Origin: Eutreptiella sp. 'Long Island Sound 2002'
Taxonomy: Eukaryota > Protista > Euglenida
DNA: 64,000 bases
Direction of reading: 5' to 3'
Assembly (NCBI GenBank): GCA_964036045.1
Contig: OZ038378.1
Span: 25,978,001 to 26,042,000, forward strand
The notes below the pieces were generated by a model. The model was not told the DNA's origin. It did no database searches and saw only the letters and a list, made by a program, of their open reading frames with translations. The number at the start of each line of letters is the position of its first letter. The first letter of the stretch is position 1. Position numbers and translations under genes: made by a program. This document shows, one piece after another, positions 24,491 to 36,565 of this stretch.

Positions 24491-26199
24491 TTCGATTCAT
24501 GTCTGGTCGTATGGTCCAATGGGCAGAGTTGCATAGAGTGCTCTTTCCCTGACCTCCCTGGATGGGGTAAGGGCATTGCCCTGGGGGAGAAAGGCGGGGT
24601 GGGGAAGGAATGCAAGCAGCAAAGGAGGCACTGGTGGTGGGCAAGACAATTCCACGCAATTTTGGGGAAATACAGTGCCAGTGATGCAGGCAGTGATGAA
24701 GCACAAGCGTACCCAAGGCATGGCATCAGCAGTGGCAGTTGTCACAGTAGTGGCAGCTGTGGAAACTCTGTGAGCCCTGTTCCAGCCTCTGCCATATGTG
24801 TTGTAGTCACTGTGGCAAATGCATTGCAACATGTGTTTTGTGTTGTTGTGTGTTCTGGTCTGCTTCCCGCAAATGTACACAGTGGTGATGCTTGTATGGC
24901 AGGGGTTGATGGCCGTGGCAAAGGCAGTAACAGTGATTCATGCCATTGTGACACTCGGACGGCTTTTTATAGTGCTGAATGTTGATGGCCATGGCAGTTG
25001 CGGTGGTATCGGTGCATTGATGGTCATCAGAATAGAGGCACTAGTCCAGCATGTGGGCATGGCAGTGGCAATAGTAATGGGAGCAATAGGAATGAGGCAG
25101 TGGTGGTGGTGGTGGTGGTGAAAGGAATACTGAGGCCGTGGTACCAGTGTTAGTCCTCCCATGCAAAACTACTGGCAGCACCATGCACAACAATGGAAAA
25201 CTGGTCAACAAAAAACTGGTCGCTGGAAGTGGCAACCACAAACTGGCCCGAAATTACGAGACATCTTGCGCATGGATGCCTGCCGGATACATGCAATACA
25301 TGCATCGGTCTTGAGCCTCATAGCTCGTACATATCACACCGAACCCAATCTACGCCTGTTGTCTGTTGTGTGGAAGAGGCCTGTTGCACGAAACGGCCTT
25401 AGGGCACACCAGAGGAGTCTCAAGGCCCCAGGCAAAGCACAATTTGCACTGAAAAACACAAATCAATTCCACAACACAGGCATCCCCGTTGTGGGGGGCC
25501 ACAAAAGGTCAGGTGTGGACCCGCCACCAATGCTCTAGCCGCGCCTGCCTTCACACGGCCTTCACTGCATTCTCAGGTCTCAAATCGTGGTGTCCCAAAC
25601 AGTTTGCAACTCGCCGGGAGCTGTATATTGTGTGTGGGGGGAGGGGGCAGTGGGCCTTTCGGACTGGCTCAGAGGTTCGTCAAATGGCACACGAGACACT
25701 GCACTATCTTTAGCACCCACACAAAACCACTTGCAAAGGTAAAATGTCACCAACCCCAGTGCCCTGAGCCCCGGATCTGCGTCCACAGTCAGCCCCACAC
25801 TCCATGTTCCAAACCCCTGCCAGGCCCTGCCAAACGGTGGGCTGACTTTGGCATGCCATGGGTGGCAGAGCAGGCTTGTTTTAGAAGCAGGGGGCAGGGG
25901 ATAAGGCTCTGTGTCCCAAAAATGGCCCCCAGAAAAACTTTTCCTTTTACAAAGTGTAACATTTCCTCGAGGAATTTTTTGATGGTCCCGGGGGGGGGGG
26001 GGGGGTTGCAGGGGGGGGCTTCTCCTTCCCTTTTGGCGATTCAAGCATGCTGGGGCAGAGGGCCGAGGGCAGCCGGAGTTTTTGCTGTTTGAGTGTCGGA
26101 AAATTTCACACCTCGATTTTGTGTGAACATCCGAGGGCTTTCAATACTGCTTCACGACTGCTGCACAGCGACCAGTGCGCACCTGGTAGAGGTGTCTCG

Positions 26200-28714
26200 T
26201 CACTTAATAGGTCGGCACAGCTTCACAAGAATAGGGGGGCGCTTAGGGACTGGGCCTGAGGCAGCATCAGTGTTTGAGCCGCGCCCAAACCCTGCGGTGG
26301 GGCTTGTGTCAGCGTTATTGCACAGGTCTGGATGAGCAGTAGCGGCATTGCACAGGGGGGCACTAAGGTCAGAAAGGTCCGGAGTGCTTGGAATCTCCCT
26401 CTGTGGGATAACATGGGGGATCTGTGTGCTAACCACAATGTGTGTCACAGAGCAACTAGCCGCAGAAGCAGCAGTAGGCAATGGCCCAGGCAACAGCTCA
26501 CAGCCATCTGAAATAGGGCCATGAGCAGCGGCGGGGCTGCGTAAAGAATCAGGGATGGAGCTGAGATTATTGAGTTGGCAAGGCTGAGGCTCCAGCTTGA
26601 GGCTGAGGTTGGGGTTGGGACCTGAACCCTGGGGCTTGGAGTCCAGACTCAGGTCCGACCCACAGTCAGGGCTGGGCTTGGGGCTAGGGCTGGGGCTGGT
26701 GTCAGGCATGAGGTTTGCGCTGGATTGCTCGCCTTGCGGGTTAGGGGTCAGCTGTGCAGTCGAGTGGGAAAGCGGCTTGTGGTCAGAGGACACAACGACA
26801 CGCTCTTTGTTCTTGGTTCTGGCGGGTGTGTCACCGTTAGGCTTGGGTGTGCTCAGGCTGAGGGCAGTACTGGCAGTCAGGCTGTCAACGGGGTCAGAGC
26901 AAGGGCTGGGCTGAGGGCTAGGGCCAGCCTTACTTTGAGCACTCCGCTCAGCACGCACTGCAGCAGAAGGCTCAGGATGAAGCTTCCCACAGGAGTCCGG
27001 CCCGGGGGGCGGCCCAGGGCCGGGGCTCTGCGGCTCCGCCTTCGGCGCAGCAGTCCGGCAGCCACCCCCTGGCCCCATCCGCTTCTCCTGCGCCCCTCTC
27101 TTGCCCCCACTGCCCTTTTTGCCGGCCCGGCCCGAGGCCCGCTTGCCTTTGGCAATGCCCCCGCAGCTGCTTCGGGCGGTGGGTGTGGGGCCGGCAGCCT
27201 GGCGTTGCAGTGCCAGTTCAGGGATGCCCGCCGTGATGGGCGCCCACCGGGAGCGAGACTTGGGGTACGGCTTGTGGACGGCTGCTACTGAGGGGAGCTT
27301 GGCTGGAGGGCCGGGGTGGGCAAAGGTGATGGCGGGCGCCGGAGGCAGGTCCGCACAGGTCTGCTTTGTGGGGCGTGGGTTCTCGGCACCACTCAGACGA
27401 GGGCGCTTGGCCGTCACCTTGGCCGCTTTCTGAGACCTGGGGCCCGGGCAAGGGCCGGCTCCCGAGCAGGGTGTACGCTGGCGCTCCGCATTGGTACAGC
27501 TTGGCGTCGGAGGGGGTATGGGGGGCAGGCCTGTGCTCGGACTGACGGAGCGTGGCCGTTTCGCAGTCTGTTTCGGCGCCCGGGGCATGGCATTGGATGC
27601 AGGTTGGGCGGCAGGCTTCGGGCCTGAGGTGGATTTGGGCTGTGCTTTGGTGGTGGTTGCCTTCCGGGAGGCGGGCACATTGGTAGCGCTGGGCATGCCA
27701 TGGGCAGGGGCAGGGGCAGAAGAAGTAGTGGTAGAGGTAGAGGTAGAGGTAGATTTGGGCTTTGAGGCAGATGAAGAAACAGACTTGGGGGTGGGAGTAA
27801 TACTGGAGGCAGCTGACGAGGCTGTGCTGGAATTGGCCTCGGGCTGTGAGGCAGCAGCAGAGGGTGGGTTTGACTTGGATTTATGAGCAGGCGTTGTAGT
27901 GGAGGCCGCCTTCTGGTTAGTAACAGGGGCAGTGACAGGATCAGAAGTGGGTGCCGGATTAGGGGTGACGGTAGGCTTTGCCTTGGCAGAATTCGGCTTG
28001 ATAGTGGGCGCAGGGACCGGGAGAGGGGTATGTGCAGCGGCAGGGGAAGGGGCAGGGTCAGGGGTGGAGGTTGCCTTTGTACTAGGGGCAGGGGCAGCGG
28101 TGGGCTTGGCATGTGAGGTCAGGTTGCACTTGTGATCAGGGGCCGACACAGGGACGCCCTCGGGTTGGGACGGCCCCCCCGGAGTGACGGCAGATTGTTG
28201 GGAGAGACTGGGCCGCCCGCGCTTCCGCTTGGCCGCCGGAGTGGCCGGGTCGGCTGTGATAGGCCTGCCCCGCTTTTGGCCCCTTGGGGCTTTGGGTCCC
28301 GCCTTAAAGGCTGACGAGGTGCCCTTGGCAGGGAGGGGCAGGGCCTTGCCCTCAGCCTTCCCAGAGCCAGTCTTCCATGTGGGTGCCTTGAGGGGGCCGG
28401 GCTTGGCCGGAGGCACAGCCACGGTCTCAGGGACAGGGGTGGAGCCCACCAGGCGGCGTGAAGCCTTCAGGGAGGCCTTCAGGGTGGCCTGGACGCGTGC
28501 CCAGTGCTCTGGGGTCAGGTCTGCTGCGTATGTGCGGTCCAGGACGGGCACGGACGGCTTGCAGGGGGCGCGCAGGGGCCGCAGGGTGGTGAGGTGGTGG
28601 GCCAGGGTCTCAACCAGGACAGCACCCTCGGGCTGGTCCTCAGGTAAAAGGCTGCAGTCCACCATCTCAACTTCGTTCACTGCCCACCTGTCGCCCTGAC
28701 GGAAGAGATCGACC
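26200..28714 (-). CDS. Last exon of ATP-grasp-domain gene: (R)VD...NEVE motif plus ~810 aa Pro/Ala/Ser/Thr/Lys-rich tail
   Basis: Acceptor CTTTCCACAG|G at 28714 (phase 2); VDLFRQGDRWAVNEVEMVDCSLLPE is the ATP-grasp C-terminal motif; open frame to the stop at 26200. Confidence 0.75.
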
Positions 28715-29699
28715 CTGTGGAAAGGTGCAGGCCATGGACAAAGTTGAGGATTGCTAACCCAGGCATTATTCCTCATTACCAAAATGGAGTCAAATTCCAG
28801 GTTGCTTCTCCACTTTTCAGGGGTTGCAGCGGGAATTTTTCGCTGTGGGATATTTCGAAGCGGGTTTATTTCGCATGCAGTCCTGAATTTGCTGTGGGAA
28901 ATGTCGCACCCACATGCTGTGAGCCTGCCTTTGGTTGCTGGTGGTTTCTGTTATTTGCTAATGCTTTGTTGTTCCTTCCTAGTGGCTTGTTGTGAATTCC
29001 TTGAGGGTTGCTGTTAATTCTTCGTCTCTTGCTGTTGCCTTTTTCGAGTATGCAGCCCGGTGCGTTTTACGGTGTGCTCCAGCAGTGGCTTTCAAGTGCT
29101 GGGCCATTGCAAGAAATCTTCTCCTGGCGTTCATGTGTTTTGGGCTGGTGCAGGGGGGGGATTCTCGGAAATCGGATATCATGCTTAAAACCCCCCCCAG
29201 AGCCAAATTTAAAAAAGGGGGGGGTTTTGGGGGGGGGGGGGTTTAAGGGGGTTTTTCGCTGCGCGGGGGTATTGTCCGCGGGAAGGGCACCCGCCCCCCA
29301 ACCCCCCCCCAATGAAATACATAGTGTCGGGCACCTCCGAACAGTTGGGTATGCGGCCCAGGTGTGATCCGACAATTCGCACCGCCCCTACCAACGTCTA
29401 TGGTAGGGTTTCATCGGCTTGGGTATTTCCGGCCGTGGGTGCCAGAAACCTCGAGACTGTGGGTCTCCGAGGCGGTCATGGGGTTCGAAATACACCATGG
29501 GGTTAGAATTGCAGCATGGGGGTTGAAACGCATCAAGGTGGGTCATGGGGTTCGGAATGCATCATGGGGTTAGAAATACACCATGGGGTGCGTCAAGGGG
29601 AGGGCATAAAAGAAGGGGTGTGTATGTGACTATACTGTCGGCCAACGCAACTCGGGAGGCCCTTAAGGCTATGGCGGGCCACGCCTCCCTCCCCGCGCC

Positions 29700-30100
29700 A
29701 TTGTGTGGGCCTTTTAGTCCTAGTGTGCATGCTATCAACGATGTTTGGTGCCACAGTTGGATGGCACCATGCAAAGTGAGTTTTGATGTTCAAAATCCAC
29801 GGGGTGGCACTGCACCCGAGAATAGGACATTCACGGGGCATGTTTTCTTGTTTGCGCATGGCCACTGCGGGCTTCAATGGGACCACACACGGGCATGTGC
29901 TACTGATTTTCTTGCGCACAATACTTGTGGTACACGTGCCTGTTGTGCGCCCACAGAGACCACAAGGTTCGGCCTCACCACACATCCTTGGGTCCGTTAC
30001 CACCTCTCCTTTTTGCAAGTGCACTGCCACATGATTGCGCATCCTTGCCAAAGCAATGGCCGCTCCACAAAACAAACAAAATTATGTTGCTTCCGCGGGC
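29700..30100 (-). pseudogene. Fragment encoding a C2H2 finger plus a Cys/His cluster, probably TE-derived
   Basis: CLFCGAAIALARMRNHVAVH (C2H2), then PCGLCGRTTGTC..STC and CPILGCSATPWILNIKTHFAWCHP; flanked by repeats. Confidence 0.45.
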
Positions 30101-31883
30101 CGCAAGCTAGTATGTGCCACACCAGCGTATGGCTTTGCACGCAACTGAGGACAATTGGGCACCTTTGCGGTTTTCACAAAGGTAGACAGGGTGCCCACCG
30201 GAATGAGCCAACGACCATCGGCATCATCGGGGGCAGAATCAGAAGTGGCCCACAAGTGGGCAAGGTGGCTAACCCCTGCCGCCTGGGGGGTCCCCACCGC
30301 TTCAGAGCGGGGGGCAGAATCAGAAGTGGCGGCAGTCAGAATTGGAAAATCTTATTTTTGGGGGGCCACGCAACAAAGCGTGGATTTCAGAGTGGGGGGA
30401 CAACATCAAAAGTGGCTGAATTGGAGGGAAGGACGAAACTTTGGATGTGCAGTCCAAAAGAATATCACCAAAAAAAGTTTTCGCAGAAATGGTGTGTCTG
30501 CGTCGAAAAACACCCTTAAAAACCCCCCACGGACCGTTTTTAAAAAGGGGGGGGGGTCAAAACCCCCCACGCTATTGGATTTCTCAGAAACCCCCCCCTT
30601 GGGCTGGGGCTTCAAAAAACGAAGCATGGCGGAGAGAAAACTGCACAGTGTATGCAGAAAATGGACAACTGTGCAACAAAGGGATGAACAACGGCGAGAG
30701 GCTTCATACCCCATCTACAAATGCTCAGTGTGTGGCAAAGGCAACTGTTGGACAAGAAATCTCGCTAAATTTCAAAGCGGGTTTATTTCGCACAGCGGCC
30801 TGAAAATTGTGTGGGAAAGTTCGCAAAAATTAGAAACGCAATATATCTCACGGCGAGTTCCCGCCAAAAAGCCCCCCCCCCTCCTTGTATGTGGAAGTTC
30901 ATCCACTTTGGATGAATTTCTGAAGCATGTCCATTCAGTGTTGAAACAATGTGAAATGTTGGTTTGGTTTTAGAGGTTTTTCTATCAAGTATCTTGTCAC
31001 AGAAAAATGACCGGTACTCTTTCGTCCCTGGTCATTGCATCAATTTCTGTGAAATTTCGGAAATGACTTGTATCCTTCTTATCTCATTTGCTGCCAAAAC
31101 GCATTATTTTCCTTGGTTTTCACAATTTTCTTTAAAAATCTTCTTTCCAACAATCTGATTTTTTTTGGTACCTATCTCAGAACCTCCAAAGCAAAGAGAT
31201 TGCCAACTTGTCAATCAAACACAACCATGTGTGAGACACTGTTATTTTGATGTTCTGTTACATTGCGGTTTTCGTCAGAAATTAGTCCCATCATAGCGGT
31301 TGTTGAATGCGACCACCGCACCTCTGCCAACTTCCAGAGGGTCCTGTGTTCAAACCCAAGAGGTCAAACCTCACATAGGGTATGATGTCGGTGACATGGC
31401 CATAATTAGCCAATCCACCTCAACAAAATTTGGAGCAATCCAGAGGGTTCACATGTGCGAGGTGTGCAACCCATGCTAGAGAAAGAGGGTGAGACGCTCA
31501 GTCAATCTCTGTCGCCTTTTTTCTATGGACACTGACAATCATCAGTGTTCATTTGAGTGGATCCAGGCTTCCCAATTTGTGGTGTTTTTGGAACAAATGA
31601 AGATGCTCTTCCCAGGTAGACGCGCCACCCCTAGCCGGTGTACCAGCCAGGAACGAACCCATGACCTTCCACATCTGATACCAGCATTCTTTAAGTTTCC
31701 AAGGCCTGACATGGTTTTCGGCTGAAAAGTGTTGTGGCCCCAATTCAAAAATGGTGAAAGAATTGTGATTTTGAGGTGTTTGAGACTGGGGTGGATTTTT
31801 CTCCACGTCCCAAAAAATTCGGTGTTCAGCCAGGTCTAGGGGCTCCGGCCCGAAAAAAAGTCATTGCATGATAATCTCTGCCA

Positions 31884-32090
31884 GGATGCCACAAAAGGGG
31901 GTTACCGCATTCACGTCTGGGACGAGGACGGGCACCGCGTCAAGGAGTGCCTGGGGCACTCCAGCACCGTGATCTGCCTGCAGCCCGTGGCCGATACCCT
32001 CTGGAGCGGGGCCAGGGATGGCTGCCTCCGCATCTGGACCGTGCAGGGCCGGTGCCTGCACGAGTGCGCGGGGCACCACAGCGGCGTGTG
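31884..32090 (+). other. Isolated WD40-repeat coding fragment (exon-like)
   Basis: RIHVWDEDGHRVKECLGHSSTVICLQPVADTLWSGARDGCLRIWTVQGRCLHECAGH has GH...SG.RDG..RIW repeats; sharp GC-rich island preceded by TCTCTGCCAG. Confidence 0.8.
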
Positions 32091-32149
32091 CTGCATATGC
32101 CACTCAAATAACCCCCACCCCCCACCCAAAACGGGGTATGAGTCACTCA

Positions 32150-33550
32150 TATATCTCTCAGGGACATTGATATATCCTTCGGGGACATCCGGGATGTGCC
32201 AACACGGAGCAAATTCGCACTTTTTCAGGGGTTTCTCAATCTTTCGTCCAATGCACCAAAATTTCGTTCCGCAGGGGGGGGTATGTGTGTCCTTTTTGAA
32301 ATCTGTGAGAAAAGGCCGTTTCAGAAATGTATGGGTTAAGGGGGGGATAGGTGACCATATTTTTTAGTACCGAGGCCGAACGTTTTGGCGTTTCAGGGTT
32401 TGCGGGCCTCAGGCTGCTCCGCGCACACGTACGGGACACCAACTCATAGGTGTTCCCCTGGGTGCTCCGACATATTGTGGAGTTGGAGGAAACTGAAAGG
32501 AGAAAGGTGGATGCATTTTGACGTGCTGAATCCAAATATTGTGGTCCCATGTCCCAACTTGATAGCATGTTTGAGAAATTGTGCCATCTTTGATTTCTTG
32601 CACTCTGGTGAGCTTGATGCTGCAAGTTGCGCCACGCCTCACCCGGGTGTCCAAGGTAGTTATTGGTCAAAATTTTCAACATATTGGTCTTGAGGGGACC
32701 CATGTTGCACATATCTTCTACACATCAATGCAACAAATCCACTCAAATGACTTGACCCTCATATGCCCATAATAAGGAGTAATGGGGGTAGGGGTGCAGT
32801 GCAGTCTGTCTGAAACTGGACCCAAACAGGCAAAAAAAACCCCAACCTGTCAACAGTAACGGCCAATTTTCGAAAAATATGGTTCCGGACCCCCCCCCTA
32901 ATCCTACATCTCCGAAAAGCCCTTTTCAAGGGCTTTTTGAATATACCCCACATACCCCCCCCCTACAAGGCACTCAAGAGGCACAAATGAGGCAACAATG
33001 CCACCGGCCCCCTAAAACGCTCCATGTTGGCACAAATGTTACCGTCCCAGAGAGATATGCCAACGCGGGGCAAATGTGTACTTTTTCAGGGGTTTCTCAA
33101 TTTTACATCTGATGCACCAAAATTTTATTCTGGAGGGGGGGGGGTATGTGTATGCTTTTTGAAATCTGCGAGAAGAAGCCATTTCAGAAATGTATGGGTT
33201 GGGGGGGGGGCACATTTTTCAGCACCACGGCCGCAAAGCTGGCACGCAAGCATGCACTTCACATTTCACACACGATTATTCCGAAAAAGGAAGCAGGAAG
33301 CCAAACCATGCCTGAAGGAAGCAGCAAGCAACACAGGCACCGTCCAAAAGGGACGAAAATCTCATACATGTCGTCAGTACAGCATGCAGACCCAGGCTGT
33401 TCTAAATAGCCATTTTCAAGGGCTTTCCAAATATACCCCACATACCCCCCCCCCCCTTCGGGACACTGAGCGGGCATGAGGCAACAATGGCACCGACCCC
33501 TGAAAACCCTCCGTGTTTGCATGAAACCCGACGTCCCCGAGAGATATGCT
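32150..33550. mobile_element. Non-coding foldback/MITE-like repeat with internal direct and terminal inverted repeats
   Basis: ~32195-32345 recurs at ~33055-33210; ~32915-33060 recurs at ~33408-33550; ~32152-32240 is roughly the reverse complement of ~33500-33550. Confidence 0.5.
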
Positions 33551-33980
33551 CTTGGTCTCACAACCTCTTGGAGGGGATTTGTCAGTTACATAGGAATGGC
33601 TGAGGCCTGCATAGCAGCTGGTGTGCATGCCCTGCTATCACATACCATCCCTGCCTACAACTGTCTCACACACACATTGGCAGGCCAAAATGCCCCACCA
33701 CATTCAGAATCTGCCCCCATCACAACCATCCAAACCCTGTACAACTTCACCCTCCCACAGCTTTTCGCAACCATCAGCAGCTCTCAGCAGTGCAAATTTT
33801 GCAGTGACAAATACAGAAACTCCCTACAACCATCATGTGGAACTTAATGCCCAAGCCACTAGCAACTAGTTCTGCAAAACGTTTACAGCTTGCCAACACC
33901 CTACAAAGTGAACTCTGCATTGTGCTACTTCATTGGAAACGCGTACCAAGCGCAATAAAGTCAAAGTGCCACCACAGTAC

Positions 33981-34160
33981 CTGTACAGCCCGCTGTCGGG
34001 GGGCAATAATTTCACCACCTTCTGAGCTATGGGACGGGTCTCTTTGAGCAGCTTTGCGTTTGTCACAGGGAAGCACTTCAGCCTCACCGTTGCCTCACTT
34101 TCATTGTCGAGCCACTGGGTGCGCAGACAGGACACAAACTCCTTCCCAACGAAATAGTGC
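33981..34160 (-). CDS. Internal exon of ATP-grasp gene
   Basis: AG acceptor and GT donor, 180 nt, phase 2/2; HYFVGKEFVSCLRTQW...KVVKLLPPDSGLY; terminal AG plus the G of exon 28714 makes the Arg of RVD. Confidence 0.8.
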
Positions 34161-34821
34161 CTGCCAGAATCAGGGAATTGGCAACGGATTGCAACGGCGA
34201 TGGGGTATGCAGAACAGTATGCATTGGTCAGGGAATGCAATGGTATGGGAGCAGGGCGGTGCCTGTGGCGAAGCAACCATGGGAGCTGAGCACGTCCCTG
34301 TTGTAGGGATACAGTGATTGTTGCATTGGCCTGGTAAGGCGTTGTAGATGTATGGCGAAGGGGTCTCATGAGGGCCATAGTGATGGTGAGCGTGGTACAG
34401 GGTTGACACGCCTTGGGGAGGGTGGGGAAGCATTGCAGAGATTGGTGAAACACTATGGAGGCCTGGCGAGGGCTGTGTAGCAGGGGTTGATGGCGTCCTT
34501 GCTAAAGAAATTTTGTTAGCCAAAGAGGCATAAAGACGGGGGGGACCGGTAAAGGGGGGGTAAAACCGGAGCAAATGGGGGGAAAGGGGGGGGGGGTTCC
34601 AGTTGGGTGATTTGCCAGCGCCACTCCACTGATCCAGTTTGTGAGAACGTTGATCTTGACATAGCACCCATTTTCATGTTGCCGCGGATTTCACATGAAC
34701 CCCTCGGTTCTGGACGCCAACTACCCCCCCCAACTAACTGTTGGCGTCCTAGGAGCCGCGGAGTCCCCCCCCCCCCAGGGGGAAGGACGGGAAGAGGATG
34801 CAATGGAGAGCAAAAATCCAC

Positions 34822-34907
34822 CTGTACTCCTCTTTTGCCAATTGCGGAACAAATGGTTGCACCAGCACGTAGGGCTTCTCTATGGTCACCAAGAGCTTGC
34901 GCAAATA
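34822..34907 (-). CDS. Internal exon of ATP-grasp gene
   Basis: TGTTGCAG|TAT...TACAG|GTGG; YLRKLLVTIEKPYVLVQPFVPQLAKEEY(R) carries the hinge QPF and ExR motifs; phase 2 end matches the next exon. 5' boundary could lie slightly upstream. Confidence 0.8.
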
Positions 34908-36050
34908 CTGCAACACAATGCAACACAATATGGACAGTACTCAATGCAAACCACAGACCCGTGCATGGTTTAACGAAGCGAGGTTTCAAGCAAACTTCAG
35001 CTGCTGTCTCCTGCTGAAAGCACAGCTCAAACCAACAGCCACAACCTGATGAAAACCTCCATGTGCAGGACTTTTGGATAAAGGGAGGTTGCTCGCCTTA
35101 GTTAACAATACCATTCACCATGAGGTTGTGAGCCTGCAAACTTTCGGCTTTTTTTGAGCGGGGGAGGGGGGGCTGAACCACATTGTGCTGCTGTGATCCT
35201 GCGACTGAAAGTGATGCCCCACAGCCCACCAGGATATGCCAGATACTTGTAGAGTGTTCTGATGCAGGTTGCTGCTGCCCCTGGCCAGCACCACCTATCC
35301 AATCATCCAAGAAGAACATGGCCAACTGAGCGGAACCGTGTGAACACACCATTCCCAAAGCAATTACCATTGCGGTAGTAAGCCGTGGCCGTTGCCGACG
35401 ATTTGGCAATCGAGGGTTGTCCACTGAGCATCAGGTGTTGACAGTCCCTCACCCTCCCACCTCACCCTTACCCTATCTCGTCCTCACGGGGGGGGGGGGG
35501 GGGCTGACTACAACCGGTCCTGATGCGACACCCCCCCCAGCTATCTGTCAAAACTCGCGGGGGGGGCTGGAGGGTGTGGGGGGGGGGGTTCGGCCGTGGG
35601 GGGGGGTTTCCCAAGGTGGGGGGGGGGGGGGGGCTGCGCGCGACCCACTACTACCTATGTCACCACCGGCGTTCGCCCCTGAAAGTTTTGGGACTGCACT
35701 GGAGCCGGGGAAGAGCTCCGAATGCGGGATCTTCACTTCGCAACGAACGACATTTGTATAGCACCCCGTCTTGCTAATTGGGCGCTCAAAACATGGATGG
35801 TTTGATGAAAGGGAAGCATGCACAAAAATACTTCGGCGCCGTTGGCGCCATGGCTCCGGCACCACTATCTCTCAAAGCCCCCGGGGGCGGGGGGGGGGCT
35901 GGGGGGTGTTGCATACAAGGACTGGGCCCAGCCGCCCCCCGGTGCTCATCCTCTTGTCTGACCCACACACATCACCCTTGCCTGTCCTGTCAACCACTTC
36001 TCCCCTCCTTCATTCACATGCGCACACCTGCACAAATTTATGATTCTCAC

Positions 36051-36129
36051 CCTGACTACGGAGCTGCGCAATATCCCAATGATGAAGGTGGCAGCGGGTG
36101 CCAGAGTGGGAAGGCTTGGTCACAATACG
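36051..36129 (-). CDS. Internal exon of ATP-grasp gene (KP motif)
   Basis: GTACTGCAG|CGT...CAGG|GTGAGA; RIVTKPSHSGTRCHLHHWDIAQLRSQ contains the ATP-binding KPxxxG motif; phase 0 start matches exon 51037-51180. The join to the next exon is unresolved. Confidence 0.7.
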
Positions 36130-36301
36130 CTGCAGTACAGAGCAAGATGGGCTCTAGACGTGGGCTAATTGAATGTGCAAAAAAGGCACAGCTAAGTCCT
36201 CACCGGTGGGATCCCATCGTGGGCGAGGGGCAGATCTGTGAGCCCCCAATAGATAGGTCTTGGGATCCCGGCCACGCGTTGTGGGGCCCATACCGGGGGG
36301 C

Positions 36302-36565
36302 TCCTTAAGGAAAAAGAGAGAGTGCCTCTGTGTGTCTGGACTGGCTACAGATCGAGGTCAGTTGGCGGTTCAACAATTGCAGCTGGCAGTGACCGGCGGA
36401 GGGTGGGGTTAACTGTCGGCGGTTGGTGCTTAACCGACGGCGGTTGGTGCCTAGCCGAGAGCAGTTGGTGCATCACCAACAGCGGTTGGAGCTTAGCCGA
36501 CGCCGGTTGGCGGTGAACCGACGGTGGTTCGTCACAAGGCACAAGCAGGGGTGCGTTCCTTAAGG
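36302..36565. repeat. Short element bounded by TCCTTAAGG with an internal 21-bp tandem array (AACCGACGGCGGTTGGTGCTT)
   Basis: TCCTTAAGG at 36302 and 36557; about 7 units over ~36389-36533. Confidence 0.75.

Noticed and set aside
35460-35650. G-quadruplex regulatory element in G/C runs
   Set aside because: Similar homopolymer tracts occur throughout the window's repeats and their lengths are unreliable; nothing locus-specific.
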